A stretch of 57,769 bases of DNA from a virus. Its lineage: Duplodnaviria > Caudoviricetes. The position numbers and the translations under genes were made by a program. The notes beneath the pieces are model-generated. The model was not told the DNA's origin. It worked only from the letters and a program-made list of their open reading frames with translations, and made no database searches. Of this stretch, positions 1-12,400 are shown piece by piece. The DNA is taken from positions 1-57,769 of IMG/VR virus record IMGVR_UViG_3300043410_002285; one strand, given 5' to 3'. The number at the start of each line of letters is the position of its first letter. The first letter of the stretch is position 1.

Positions 1-2
1 TA

Positions 3-1364
3 GGTTTATTCCCTGAACAAAAATTTATCTTTATTGACCACCATGATTCGCATGCTGGTACCGCTTATTATATGAGCGGGTTTGATGAAGATACACTTGT
101 TGTTACAATGGATGCTAGTGGTGGTAAATACAGTGCAAAGTATTTTGTTGGATCAAATGGTGATTTGACATATATTGACGGTATTGATACAACCAGAAAA
201 TCATTTGGTCATTATTATGCAATGTTAACTGAATTTTTGGGTTTTAGAAGATTAAAAGATGAGGGTAAGATTGTTGGTATGGCCGCACATGGTAGACACG
301 ATAGTATATCATACCAAGCTTTTAATGATTGTATTAATATTGAAGGTATTTTAACGGATAAGGATCAATCCGATGTTCTATTGGGTCAGGTTTATGTTGA
401 TTTTTACACTAAATATTACAGAACATTGGGTTCTAAAGTATTTTTTGGTACAAAAGCTGATTTAGCTTACACAGGACAACTCGTTTTTGAAGAGAAGATT
501 TTACAAGTCTTTAATAATTTACATAATATGTACCCAAATATTAAAAAAGTTGGCGTAGCTGGTGGTGTTTTCGCTAATGTTAAATTAAACAAACGTATTA
601 ATGAACTATATTGGGTTGATGAAATGTTTGTTGCCCCACCAATGGGTGATGAAGGTTGTCCACTTGGTTGTGCTTTGTTGGTGCATAAAATGTTTACACC
701 AGATTTTAAACCATTTAGACTTGAAAATATGTTTATGGGTACATCTTATACTGATGATGAAGTTGGTGGTAATTATTGGGACCAAGATAAATTCTCAAGA
801 GAATTATTTACACCGCAATTAGCGGCAAAATATTTAGCTGAGGGTAAAATTATTGGTGTTTTTAATGGTAGGTATGAACATGGCCCCAGAGCTTTAGGTA
901 ACAGAAGTATTATTGGTGAAGTAACTAACCCAGATACTTACGATAAAATCAATAATAAGTTACAAAGAAACGATTTTATGCCATTCGCCCCAGCTGTTAT
1001 GGAAGAACATGCTGATACGATTTTTAATGTAACTAAATCAAGATACACAGCTGAATTTATGACCATGTTGTATGATACAAGGCCAGAATGGGCTGATAAA
1101 ATACCAACAGTTGTTCATCCTAAGGATAAAACAGCTAGAATACAAATAGTAACTAAAACAAGCAACCCAACTTTTTATAAAATACTCGATGAGTATAATA
1201 AATTAACAAATGTACCAGTTCTTTTAAACACATCATTTAATGTGCATGAAGAACCGATTGTTTGCCACCCAAATGAAGCATTTAATCATTTAGAAAATGA
1301 TGTGGTTGATTTATTAATAATAAATAATTTTATCTACAAAAAATATGAAGGACGTCTTAATTAA
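3..1364 (+). CDS. Carbamoyltransferase, NodU/CmcH/TobZ family (5'-truncated by window edge)
   Basis: Frame open from base 3 with HHDSHA (Kae1-like HHxxH). Also DxxG, EGKIVGMAA, AGGVFANVKLN, PPMGDEG, EHGPRALGNRSI, FMPFAP, TARIQ and LLNTSFNVHEEPIV motifs. Confidence 0.93.
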   Translation, partial: GLFPEQKFIFIDHHDSHAGTAYYMSGFDEDTLVVTMDASGGKYSAKYFVGSNGDLTYIDGIDTTRKSFGHYYAMLTEFLGFRRLKDEGKIVGMAAHGRHDSISYQAFNDCINIEGILTDKDQSDVLLGQVYVDFYTKYYRTLGSKVFFGTKADLAYTGQLVFEEKILQVFNNLHNMYPNIKKVGVAGGVFANVKLNKRINELYWVDEMFVAPPMGDEGCPLGCALLVHKMFTPDFKPFRLENMFMGTSYTDDEVGGNYWDQDKFSRELFTPQLAAKYLAEGKIIGVFNGRYEHGPRALGNRSIIGEVTNPDTYDKINNKLQRNDFMPFAPAVMEEHADTIFNVTKSRYTAEFMTMLYDTRPEWADKIPTVVHPKDKTARIQIVTKTSNPTFYKILDEYNKLTNVPVLLNTSFNVHEEPIVCHPNEAFNHLENDVVDLLIINNFIYKKYEGRLN

Positions 1365-2613
1365 CGAATACAATAACACTGAAATCCTAGCCAGAGATTA
1401 CAAACAACCATCAAACTCATTCATTGTACATTTTGTGAATGGTGCTTTATGTGAAATTAAAGGCCCAATTTCAAAAAAATATCACGTTGTTTTCTCGGAT
1501 AATAAAACTGGACAAGTTCACCACACATCTGAAATTACAAATAATATGTGGACAAAAAGTTCCATTGAATATTTTATTGAATGGAATATTAAGGTTTTTG
1601 ATATGGAAAACAATGAACTTGTTTTTGAACACATTTACAATTGTGAAAATAAAAGAGTTTATATCCACCTAGATAGTTCAGCTGTTGGGGATACAATGGC
1701 TTGGTTCCCATATGTTGATGAGTTCAGAAAAAAACATAATTGTAAAGTTCTCTGCTCAACATTCCATAATGAATGGTTTGCACCAATGTACCCAGAGATT
1801 GAATTTGTTAAACCAGGTACACCAGTTATTGATTTATACGCAATGTATAAGATTGGTTGGTTCTATGATAACAAAGAGGTTGTTAAAACAAGAATACCAA
1901 TTGATTTTAAACAACATCCTTTACAAGAAAGTAGCTCATCTATATTAGGTCTTGACTATGTTGAGGTTAAACCAAAAGTTTACGTACCAGATGAACCGAG
2001 TAGAATTGACGGTAAATATGTTGTTATAGCCCCACATGCATCCGCACACGCTAAATATTGGAATCACCCAGGCGGTTGGCAAGCTGTTGTTGATTATTTA
2101 AATAATCAAGGGTATAAAGTTGTTATGTTAACCTCAGAAAAACTTGGTGATGCATGGCACGATTCAAAACTTGGCGGTACACTCCAAAATGTTATTGATA
2201 AAACTGGTGGTCATATTGATCTTGTTGATAGAATGATTGATATTAAACATGCATCAGCGTTTATTGGACTCGGTAGTGGTTTAAGTTGGTTATCATGGGC
2301 AATTGGAACACCAACAGTATTAATATCAGGGTTTAGTTACCCCTTATCTGAATTTGCTGACTGTGAAAGAGTCTTTACTCCAGATCCAGAAAATACTTGT
2401 AACGGATGTTTTAATAGACATTGGTTAAACCCAGGTGATTGGGAGTGGTGTCCAGATCATAAAGATACACCAAGACATTTTGAATGTTCAAAAACAATTA
2501 CAATTGAACATGTTATTACCGCTGTTGATAAAGTTTTAGGTAAACAAGAAACTGTTATTGAAGAAATTATTGATAAAAAAGAGAAAAAAAGTTTTTTTGG
2601 TAAGTTTTTTTAA
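1345..2613 (+). CDS. Autotransporter O-heptosyltransferase-like glycosyltransferase (TibC/Aah, GT9-like fold)
   Basis: GDTMAWFPYVDEFRKKH; FIGLGSGLSWLSWAIGTPTVLISGFS; C-terminal CNGC..WC..FEC four-Cys iron-finger pattern typical of TibC/Aah. Confidence 0.85.
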   Translation: MKDVLINEYNNTEILARDYKQPSNSFIVHFVNGALCEIKGPISKKYHVVFSDNKTGQVHHTSEITNNMWTKSSIEYFIEWNIKVFDMENNELVFEHIYNCENKRVYIHLDSSAVGDTMAWFPYVDEFRKKHNCKVLCSTFHNEWFAPMYPEIEFVKPGTPVIDLYAMYKIGWFYDNKEVVKTRIPIDFKQHPLQESSSSILGLDYVEVKPKVYVPDEPSRIDGKYVVIAPHASAHAKYWNHPGGWQAVVDYLNNQGYKVVMLTSEKLGDAWHDSKLGGTLQNVIDKTGGHIDLVDRMIDIKHASAFIGLGSGLSWLSWAIGTPTVLISGFSYPLSEFADCERVFTPDPENTCNGCFNRHWLNPGDWEWCPDHKDTPRHFECSKTITIEHVITAVDKVLGKQETVIEEIIDKKEKKSFFGKFF

Positions 2614-2636
2614 CTAATTTTGTTAAAAATACTTAA

Positions 2637-3470
2637 ATGAGTAAAGAAATTTTAAAAGATATCCTGGCTACACCCACATATTGTGGCCAGGAACAATATC
2701 TAATAGCTAAAATAACCAGATATCTAAATGAAAACAATTTAGATTATGTTATTGATGAACATGGAAACATTTATGTAACAAAGGGTGTTGCTGATCATTA
2801 TCCATGTGTTGTAGCACACACAGATACCGTACATAGAATAGTTGATATAGAAATAGTTGAAGATCCCAATGAAGAAGATTTTCTATATGCCGTTGAAAAA
2901 GGTTCTAAAAAAAGAACTGGATGTGGTGGCGATAATAAAGCTGGTGTCTATGTCTGCTTGGAGTTACTTAAACGTGTTGAAATACTTAAAGCAGCTTTTT
3001 TTGTTTCGGAAGAATACGGATGTTTTGGTTCAATACTTTCAGATGAAAGTTTTTTTGAAAATGTGGGTTACGCTTTACAATTTGATGCCCCTGAAAATGA
3101 CTGGGTAACTCATTATTGTAATGGTGTTAAATTATTTGATGAAGAAGGTGACTTCTATAAAACAATCCAACCAATTTTAGAGGATTACATGGGTGATTAT
3201 TCTTTAGGTAGACACCCATACACCGATGTTAGTATTCTTGGTGCTTTCCACGACTTCTCATGTATAAATTATTCAGTTGGTTACTACAACATGCATTCTA
3301 ATATGGAATATGTTAGTGTTGGTTATGTTGGACAAGCCAAAAATATCGCTTTAGAGATCATTTCTTCTCTGGGTAATATAAAGTATCCGTTTATTGATGA
3401 AAACGTCAAAATCGACAAAAAAAGGGCCAAAGAAAGGGCTTTATTATCACTTAATGGATTACGAAGATAA
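2637..3470 (+). CDS. Zn-dependent peptidase, M20/M28/M42 clan
   Basis: AHTDTV, GGDNKAG, SEEYGCFGS, QFD and YYNMH metal-ligand motifs. Confidence 0.85.
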   Translation: MSKEILKDILATPTYCGQEQYLIAKITRYLNENNLDYVIDEHGNIYVTKGVADHYPCVVAHTDTVHRIVDIEIVEDPNEEDFLYAVEKGSKKRTGCGGDNKAGVYVCLELLKRVEILKAAFFVSEEYGCFGSILSDESFFENVGYALQFDAPENDWVTHYCNGVKLFDEEGDFYKTIQPILEDYMGDYSLGRHPYTDVSILGAFHDFSCINYSVGYYNMHSNMEYVSVGYVGQAKNIALEIISSLGNIKYPFIDENVKIDKKRAKERALLSLNGLRR

Positions 3471-3473
3471 AAA

Positions 3474-3495
3474 AAAAGGGGCCTAGGCCCCTTTT
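3474..3495. terminator. Bidirectional intrinsic terminator between convergent genes
   Basis: AAAAGGGGCC-TA-GGCCCCTTTT inverted repeat with A and T tracts on either side. Confidence 0.8.
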
Positions 3496-3496
3496 C

Positions 3497-6400
3497 TTAT
3501 TTCTTTAAGTCTTGGATTTCTTTATCCAGATCTTTTATCGCTTCGATAAGTAGACCTACTAAGTTTGCATATGCTACACTTAAGTGTCCGTTGTCTTCTC
3601 TTACAGAGATTACCTCTGGAACAATTTTTTGAACTTCTTGAGCGACAACACCCATTTTCAATGATTTGTCCTCGATATCGTTTCTTGTGTAGTTAACACC
3701 TCTCATGCTTCTAACTTTATTTAAAGCATCGCTGATTGTTACGATATTATCTTTAACTCTCTCATCTGAGTATGCTGTTACGTCACCAGAAGCATAGATT
3801 GTACCACCAACATCCAATGTGTAAGAAGGTGAAGCGTTATTGATACCTAATCTTGTGTTGGTTATGTCAACTTTCAAGAAGCTAACACTTTGTACTGTAG
3901 CGGTACCTGTTGTTCTAACTAAATAATCGGGTTGGTTTGTGAATGAACCACCACTGATACCTGAAGTACCATTGATAGATTGACCACTTGTACCAGCAGC
4001 ACCCGATGTACCATTCGAACCATTTACAGCTGATGTACCCGAGTTACCATTCGCACCAGAAGCACCGTTATTACCTGAAGTACCCTGAGTACCGTTTCTA
4101 CCACTTGTACCATCAGTACCACTTGTTGCTGAAGAACCATTATTAGTTGACAAACCTGAAGTACCAAGTCTACCAGATGTACCACTCGTACCTGAAGTAC
4201 CAGAAGAACCATTTGCACCTGAAGTACCATTTGCACCAACACCCGATGTACCAGCACCTGATGTACCTGAAGTACCATTTGCACCTGAAGTACCATTAGG
4301 GCCGTTCACACCTGAAGTACCAGAAGCACCATTAGCACCGTTGTTACCAGTATTACCTGTGGTACCGTTTGTACCTGAAGAACCTGAGTTTCCTGAATTA
4401 CCGTTAATACCGTTGTTACCTGAAGTACCGTTTGTACCAGTTGAACCTGAAGTACCACTAGACCCTGAAGTACCTGAAGAATCCGATAATCTACTAGCAC
4501 CACCAGCACCTGTTGTTCCTGAAGTACCTGTTGAACCAGAAGTTCCTGATGTACCACTTACAGCACTAGCACCGTTACCACCAGCATTACCATTATTACC
4601 TGTAGTACCATTTGAACCTGAAGTTCCTGATAAACCTGAGTTTCCGTTGGCACCGTTGTTACCACTTGTACCATTTGATCCGTTAGATCCTGATAAACCT
4701 GAGTTTCCTGAATTACCGTTAATACCGTTGTTACCTGAAGTACCGTTTGTACCAGTCGATCCAGAAGATCCGCTTAGAGCGGATGCTCCAATATTACCCG
4801 CATTACCGCTTGTACCGTTTGTACCAGTCGATCCTGATGAACCCGATAAACCAGAATTACCTGAATTACCATTAGCACCATTATTACCGTTTGTACCAGT
4901 AGAGCCATTTGTACCGCTTAAACCTGAGTTACCGTTGTTACCAGCAACACCATTAGTACCATTTGTACCAGATGAACCTGAAGAACCAGATGCGGTTGAT
5001 AAACCTGAACCAACCATTAGACCGTTTGTACCAGCGGTACCTGTTGATCCTGAAGAACCAGATGAACCTGATAAACCAGAGTTAGCTGAACCACCATTGT
5101 TACCAGCAGTACCAGTAGTACCTGTTGACCCAGAAGAACCAGATGAACCAGAGTTAGCTGAATTACCATTGTTACCAGCGTTACCACTTGTACCGTTTGT
5201 ACCAGTTGATCCTGAAGAACCACTTAAAGCTGAATTACCATTATTACCAGCAACACCATTTGTACCATTTGTACCTGAAGACCCTGAGGATCCTGATGCA
5301 GTTGATAAACCTGAAGGAACTGCTAAACCACTTGTACCGCCTGTACCATTTGTACCTGAAGAACCTGAAGTTCCTGAAGAACCAGCGTTATTGCTAGCAC
5401 CATTATTACCAAGAGTACCATTTGTACCTGAAGAACCTGAAGTTCCTGAAGAACCAGAGTTATTGCTAGCACCACTATTACCAGCGTTACCACTTGTACC
5501 GTTTGAACCTGAAGTTCCTGAAGAACCGCTATTAGAACTTGAACCTGAAGTTCTGTTAGCACCAGATGTACCATCCGTACCACTTGAACCTGAAGTTCCT
5601 GAAGAACCAGATAATCTAGATGCACCGTTATTACCAGTAGTACCATCCGTACCACTTGAACCTGAAGTTCCTGAAGAACCACTTAATCTGCTTAAACCAG
5701 CGGTACCGTTTGTTCCTGAAGAACCTGAAGATGCTGATGAACCACTTAATTGTGATAAACCTGAATTACCAGCAGTACCTGTAGTACCAGTTGAACCTGA
5801 AGATCCTGAAGATCCACTTAAAGCGGAAGCACCGATGTTACCAGCGGCACCATTTGTACCGTTTGTACCTGAAGATCCTGAAGAACCTGATGCAGTACTT
5901 AATCCTGAAGGAACCGCTAAACCATTTGTACCAGCAGTACCATTTGTACCTGAAGAACCTGAAGTTCCAGCTGAACCACTTAATTGTGATAAACCATTAT
6001 TACCAGTAGTACCTGAAGTACCACTTGAACCAGAAGTCCCTGAAGTACCAGATGCAGAACTTAGACCTGAAGGGACTGTTAAACCACTTGTACCAGCGGT
6101 ACCATTTGAACCTGAAGTTGCTGAGGTAGCTGAATTAGCTGAAGAACCAGCTAAACCATCAGCACCACTTGTACCACTTGTACCTGAAGAACCCGAAGTA
6201 TTTGAATTACCACCTCTACCACCAGAACCATTTGTACCACCAGTACCACTTGTTGCACTTGTTGCACTTAATCCTGATGACCCGCTTAACCCTGATTGAC
6301 CTGAAGTACCATTTGTTCCTGAAGTAGCAGAACTACCAGAAGTTGCTGAACTACCAGAATTTCCACTTAAACCTGAAGTACCGTTTGTACCCGTAGAACC

Positions 6401-9400
6401 ACTTGATCCTGATGTACCAGAACTTGCTGAAGAACCACTATTTGCTGAAGAACCAGATGTACCAGCAGAACCAGATGTACCACTAGAACCTGATGTACCT
6501 GAAGTTGCAGAAGTACCAGCAGAACCGCTTGATCCGCTTAATTGAGATAATCCTGAAGTACCGCTTGTTCCTGTTGATCCTGAAGAACCGCTAGAACCAG
6601 ATGTACCTGAAGATTTACTTAATGCTGAAGCACCATCTGTACCAGCAGATCCTGAACTACCTGAAGATCCAGATGTTCCACTTGTTGCTGAGGTTCCAGC
6701 AGATCCTGAAGAACCACTTAATTGTGATACCCCACTTGTACCAACTGTACCTGAAGTTGCTGAAGAACCTGAAGTTGCTGAAGAACCACTATTTGCACTC
6801 AATCCACTTGTACCGTTAGATCCTGAAGAACCTGAAGTTGCGGATGTACCTGAAGATTTACTTAAACCTGATTGACCATCTGTACCCGCAGAACCTGAAG
6901 ATCCGCTTGATCCAGACGTTCCTGAAGTTGCAGAAGTACCAGCAGATCCTGATGAACCACTTAATTGTGATAAACCTGAAGATCCAGCGGTACCAGAAGT
7001 AGCTGAAGTACCTGAAGATCCAGCAGATCCGCTATTACTTGATTGACCAGCAGTACCATTTGTACCACTCGAACCAGAAGTTGCTGAACTACCTGAAGTT
7101 GAACTTAAACCACTATTACCCGCATTACCTGAAGTACCATTTGTACCAGTTGATCCTGAAGACCCACTTGATCCAGATGTACCACTTGATTTGCTTAAAG
7201 CAGATGCACCATCAGTACCAGCAGAACCTGAAGATCCGCTTGAACCTGAAGTTCCTGAAGTTGCTGATGTACCTGCTGAACCCGCAGAACCACTTAATGC
7301 TGATTGACCAGATGTACCAACTGTACCTGAAGTAGCGCTTGATCCGCTTGTTGCTGAAGAACCTGAATTACCACTTAAACCTGAGGTACCATTTGTACCA
7401 GTTGAACCTGAAGAACCTGAAGTTCCTGAAGATTTGCTTAATGCTGATTGACCATCTGTACCAGCAGATCCACTTGATCCTGAAGAACCTGATGTACCTG
7501 AAGTTGCAGAAGTACCCGAAGATCCAGCTGAACCACTCAATCCTGATTGACCTGAAGTACCAGCGCTACCTGATGTACCTGAAGTTGCGGATGAACCCGA
7601 AGAACCGCTTGTTCCTGAAGATGCTGAAGCACCGCTTGAACCAGATGTTCCAGAAGAAGCGGCAGAACCACTTGTACCTGACGTTCCACTTGTTGCAGAT
7701 GATCCAGAAGTTGCTGAAGATCCACTATTACCTGATAAACCTGAGGTACCATTTGTACCTGTTGATCCTGAAGATCCTGAAGAACCTGATGTTCCTGAAG
7801 ATTTGCTTAATGCTGATTGACCATCTGTACCAGCTGATCCTGAAGATCCGCTTGAACCTGATGTTCCACTTGTACCTGAGGTTGCTGAAGAACCTGAAGA
7901 ACCACTTAATTGTGATACCCCACTTGTACCAACTGTACCTGAAGTTGCTGAAGAACCTGAAGTTGCTGAAGAACCACTATTTGCGGATAAACCACTCGTA
8001 CCGTTTGTACCTGTAGAGCCACTTGATCCTGAAGTTCCACTTGATTTGCTTAAAGCAGATGCACCATCTGTACCAGCTGAACCGCTTGAACCTGAAGAAC
8101 CTGATGTTCCACTTGTTGCTGAAGTACCAGCAGAACCTGAAGAACCACTTAATCCTGATTGACCTGACGTACCTGATGTACCAGAAGTTGCTGAAGAGCC
8201 AGCCGAACCACTCAATCCCGATTGACCTGAAGTACCAGCAGATCCACTTGTTGCGGAAGAACCTGATGTTGCTGAAGAACCACTATTTGCTGATAAACCA
8301 GATGTACCATTTGATCCTGAAGAACCTGATGTACCTGAAGTTGCAGATGAACCACTTGAACCTGATGTACCTGAACTATTACTATTACCTGAACTACCCG
8401 CAGTACCTGAAGATGCAGATGAACCACTTGTACCACTAGTTCCTGACGTAGCTGAACTACCAGCTGTTGCTGAAGAACCACTATTTGCTGACAAACCTGA
8501 AGTACCGTTTGTTCCAGTTGAACCTGATGAGCCACTAGAGCCACTTGTACCACTTGATTTACTTAACGCTGAAGCGCCATCCGTACCAGCAGATCCTGAA
8601 CTACCTGAAGAACCTGAAGTTCCTGATGTAGCGGATGTACCAGCAGATCCAGAAGATCCACTTAATGCACTAGAACCATTTGTACCTGAAGTACCTGATG
8701 TAGCTGATGATCCTGAAGAACCACTCAATTGAGATAATCCTGATGTACCAGCGGTACCTGAAGTAGCTGAACTGCCTGAAGTCGCAGAAGAACCTGAATT
8801 ACCAGATTGACCGCTTGTACCATTAGAACCAGCAGAACCTGAAGTTCCTGAAGTTGCTGAAGACCCACTTGATCCTGACGTACCTGAAGAAGCCGATGCA
8901 CCTGAAGAACCTGATGTTCCTGAAGATGCGGCAGAACCACTTGTTCCACTTGTTCCTGAAGTTGCAGATGACCCAGCTGTTGCTGAAGATCCACTATTAC
9001 CTGATAATCCTGAAGTACCATTTGTACCAGTTGAACCTGAAGAACCTGATGTACCTGAAGATTTGCTTAAAGCAGATGCACCATCTGTACCCGCAGATCC
9101 ACTTGATCCTGAAGAACCTGATGTACCTGAAGTTGCAGAAGTACCAGCAGATCCCGAAGATCCACTTAATTGTGATACCCCACTTGTACCAGCGGTACCT
9201 GAAGTTGCGGATGAACCGCTTGTTGCTGAAGAACCTGAATTTGCTGAAGCACCTGAAGTACCATTAGAACCTGATGTTGCACTTGTTCCTGAGGTTGCTG
9301 ATGAACCAGCCGAACCACTCAATGCTGAACTACCAGAAGTACCAGTTGTACCACTTGTTGCTGAAGACCCAGCTGTTGCTGAAGATCCACTATTACCTGA

Positions 9401-12400
9401 TAATCCTGAAGTACCATTTGTACCTGTGGAACCTGAAGACCCTGAACTACCTGATGTACCTGAAGATTTACTTAATGCTGAAGCACCATCAGTACCTGCA
9501 CTACCTGAAGAACCTGAAGAACCAGATGTTCCTGAGGTTGCTGATGTACCAGCGGATCCACTTGATCCACTTAATTGGGACAAACCTGATGTACCAACCG
9601 TACCTGAAGTAGCAGAAGAACCAGATGTTGCTGAAGAACCACTTGATGCAGAAGCTCCGCTTGAACCTGAAGTACCTGATGTACCTGAAGTTGCTGAAGA
9701 GCCAGCAGAACCACTTAATGCTGAAGATCCAGAAGTACCTGTTGTACCAGAAGTTGCGGAAGAACCTGAAGTTGCAGATGAACCGCTGTTTGCTGACAAA
9801 CCTGATGTACCATTAGAACCTGATGTACCTGAAGTAGCAGATGAGCCTGAAGTAGCGGAGCTACCACTATTTGAACTTAATCCTGAAGTACCATTTGTAC
9901 CAGTTGATCCTGAAGATCCACTAGAGCCACTTGTACCACTTGATTTACTTAATGCTGAAACACCATCTGTACCCGCAGATCCTGAAGATCCGCTTGAACC
10001 TGATGTACCCGAAGTTGCTGAAGTACCAGCAGAACCTGAAGAACCACTCAATTGAGATAATCCTGATGTACCAGCGGTACCTGAAGTAGCAGAAGAACCA
10101 CTTGTTGCTGAAGAACCCGCATTACCTGATTGACCTGAAGTACCATTTGATCCACTTGTACCTGATGTACCAGAAGTTGCTGAAGAGCCAGCTGAACCAC
10201 TTAATGCACTAGATCCACTTGTACCTGATGTACCAGAAGTTGCTGAAGAGCCAGCTGAACCACTTAATGCTGAACTACCAGATGTACCACTTGTACCTGA
10301 AGTTGCAGATGACCCAGCTGTTGCAGATGATCCCGAATTACCACTCAACCCTGATGTTCCGTTAGAACCACTTGAACCTGATGTTCCTGATGAAGCTGAA
10401 CTTCCTGAAGAACCAGATGTACCCGAACTATTACTATTACCTGAAGTTCCCGCTGAACCAGAAGACGCACTTGAACCGCTTGTACCTGATGTACCTGAAG
10501 TTGCAGATGAACCACTTGTTGCTGAAGAACCTGAATTTGAACTTAAACCTGAAGTACCATTTGTACCAGTTGATCCTGAAGAACCAGATGTACCTGAAGT
10601 CCCACTTGATTTACTCAATGCTGACAAACCGTCTGTACCAGCAGATCCTGAAGATCCACTTGAACCAGACGTACCACTTGTCGCAGAAGTACCAGCAGAA
10701 CCAGATGAACCACTTAAACCTGATTGACCTGAAGAACCTGATGTACCACTTGTAGCAGAGCTACCAGCTGTTGCTGAAGAACCACTATTACCACTCAATC
10801 CTGATGTACCGTTAGATCCTGAAGAACCTGATGTACCTGAAGATGCTGAAGAACCCGCAGAACCACTTAACGCTGAACTACCTGATGTACCACTTGTTCC
10901 TGATGTAGCTGAAGAACCAGCTGAACCACTTAAAGCGGATGATCCTGAAGTACCTGTTGTACCTGAAGTAGCAGAACTACCTGAAGTTGCACTTGAACCA
11001 CTATTACCACTCAACCCTGATGTACCATTAGAACCAGTTGAACCACTTGTTCCTGATGTAGCTGAAGAACCAGCTGACCCACTTAAAGCTGAAGAACCAC
11101 TTGTACCAGCAGATCCTGAAGAACCTGATGTACCAGAAGTTGCTGAAGTTCCAGAAGAAGCGCTTGATCCTGATGAGCCACTTAATGCTGATAGACCAGA
11201 CGTACCGTTTGTTCCTGAAGTTGCCGATGAACCAGCTGTTGCACTTGAACCGCTATTAGCTGATTGGCCATTTGTTCCATTTGTACCAGTTGAACCGCTT
11301 GTTCCTGATGTACCACTTGAAGTACTTCTAGCGCTTTCACCTATAGTACCATTTGTACCACTTGTTCCTGAAGTTGCAGATGTTCCTGAAGAACCACTAT
11401 TTGAACTTAATCCTGAAGTACCGTTTGTACCTGTTGATCCTGAAGATCCACTTGATCCAGATGTACCTGAAGATTTGCTTAATGCTGATTGACCATCTGT
11501 ACCAGCAGATCCAGAACTACCTGAAGATCCAGATGTACCTGAAGTTGCTGAAGTACCAGCAGAACCTGAGCTTGCTGATAATCCTGAAGAACCAGCTGTA
11601 CCTGAAGTACCACTTGTTGCTGAAGATCCTGAGGTAGCGGATGAACCACTATTTGCTGATAAACCTGATGAACCAGCTGTTCCTGAAGTTGCTGATGAAC
11701 CAGAACTTGCTGATGTACCCGAAGATGCTGATGCACCCGAAGATCCATTAGATCCTGTAGAACCAGATGTACCTGATGTAGCAGATGAACCACTTGATGC
11801 GCTTAAACCAGAAGAACCTGTCGTACCTGAAGTAGCTGAACTACCCGAAGTTGCGCTTGAACCACTATTAGCGGATAAACCTGAGGTACCGTTTGTACCT
11901 GATGTAGCGGAACTACCACTTGATGCCGAAGCTCCGCTTGAACCAGCAGAACCTGTTGATCCAGACGTTCCAGATGTAGCTGAACTACCTGAAGATGCAC
12001 TTAGTCCACTAGAACCAGCTGTTCCTGATGTAGCTGAGCTACCAGAAGATCCACTTGAACCCGAATCACCTGATCTACCAGAAGTACCAGTTGTACCTGA
12101 TGTAGCTGAAGATCCTGAAGTCGCAGAAGAACCTGAATTTGCACTCAATCCTGAAGTACCTGCACTACCAGCTGAACCACTTGTTGCTGAAGTACCTGAA
12201 GTTGCAGACGATCCGCTTAATGCACTTGAACCAGCTGTTCCTGAAGAACCACTAGTTGCCGAACTACCTGATGTAGCTGAAGAACCTGAATTAGCGCTTA
12301 AACCAGAAGTACCATTTGTACCTGAAGTTGCACTCGATCCTGAGCTTGCCGATGTTCCTGAAGATGCTGAAGCACCACTTGAACCGTTAGATCCTGTTGA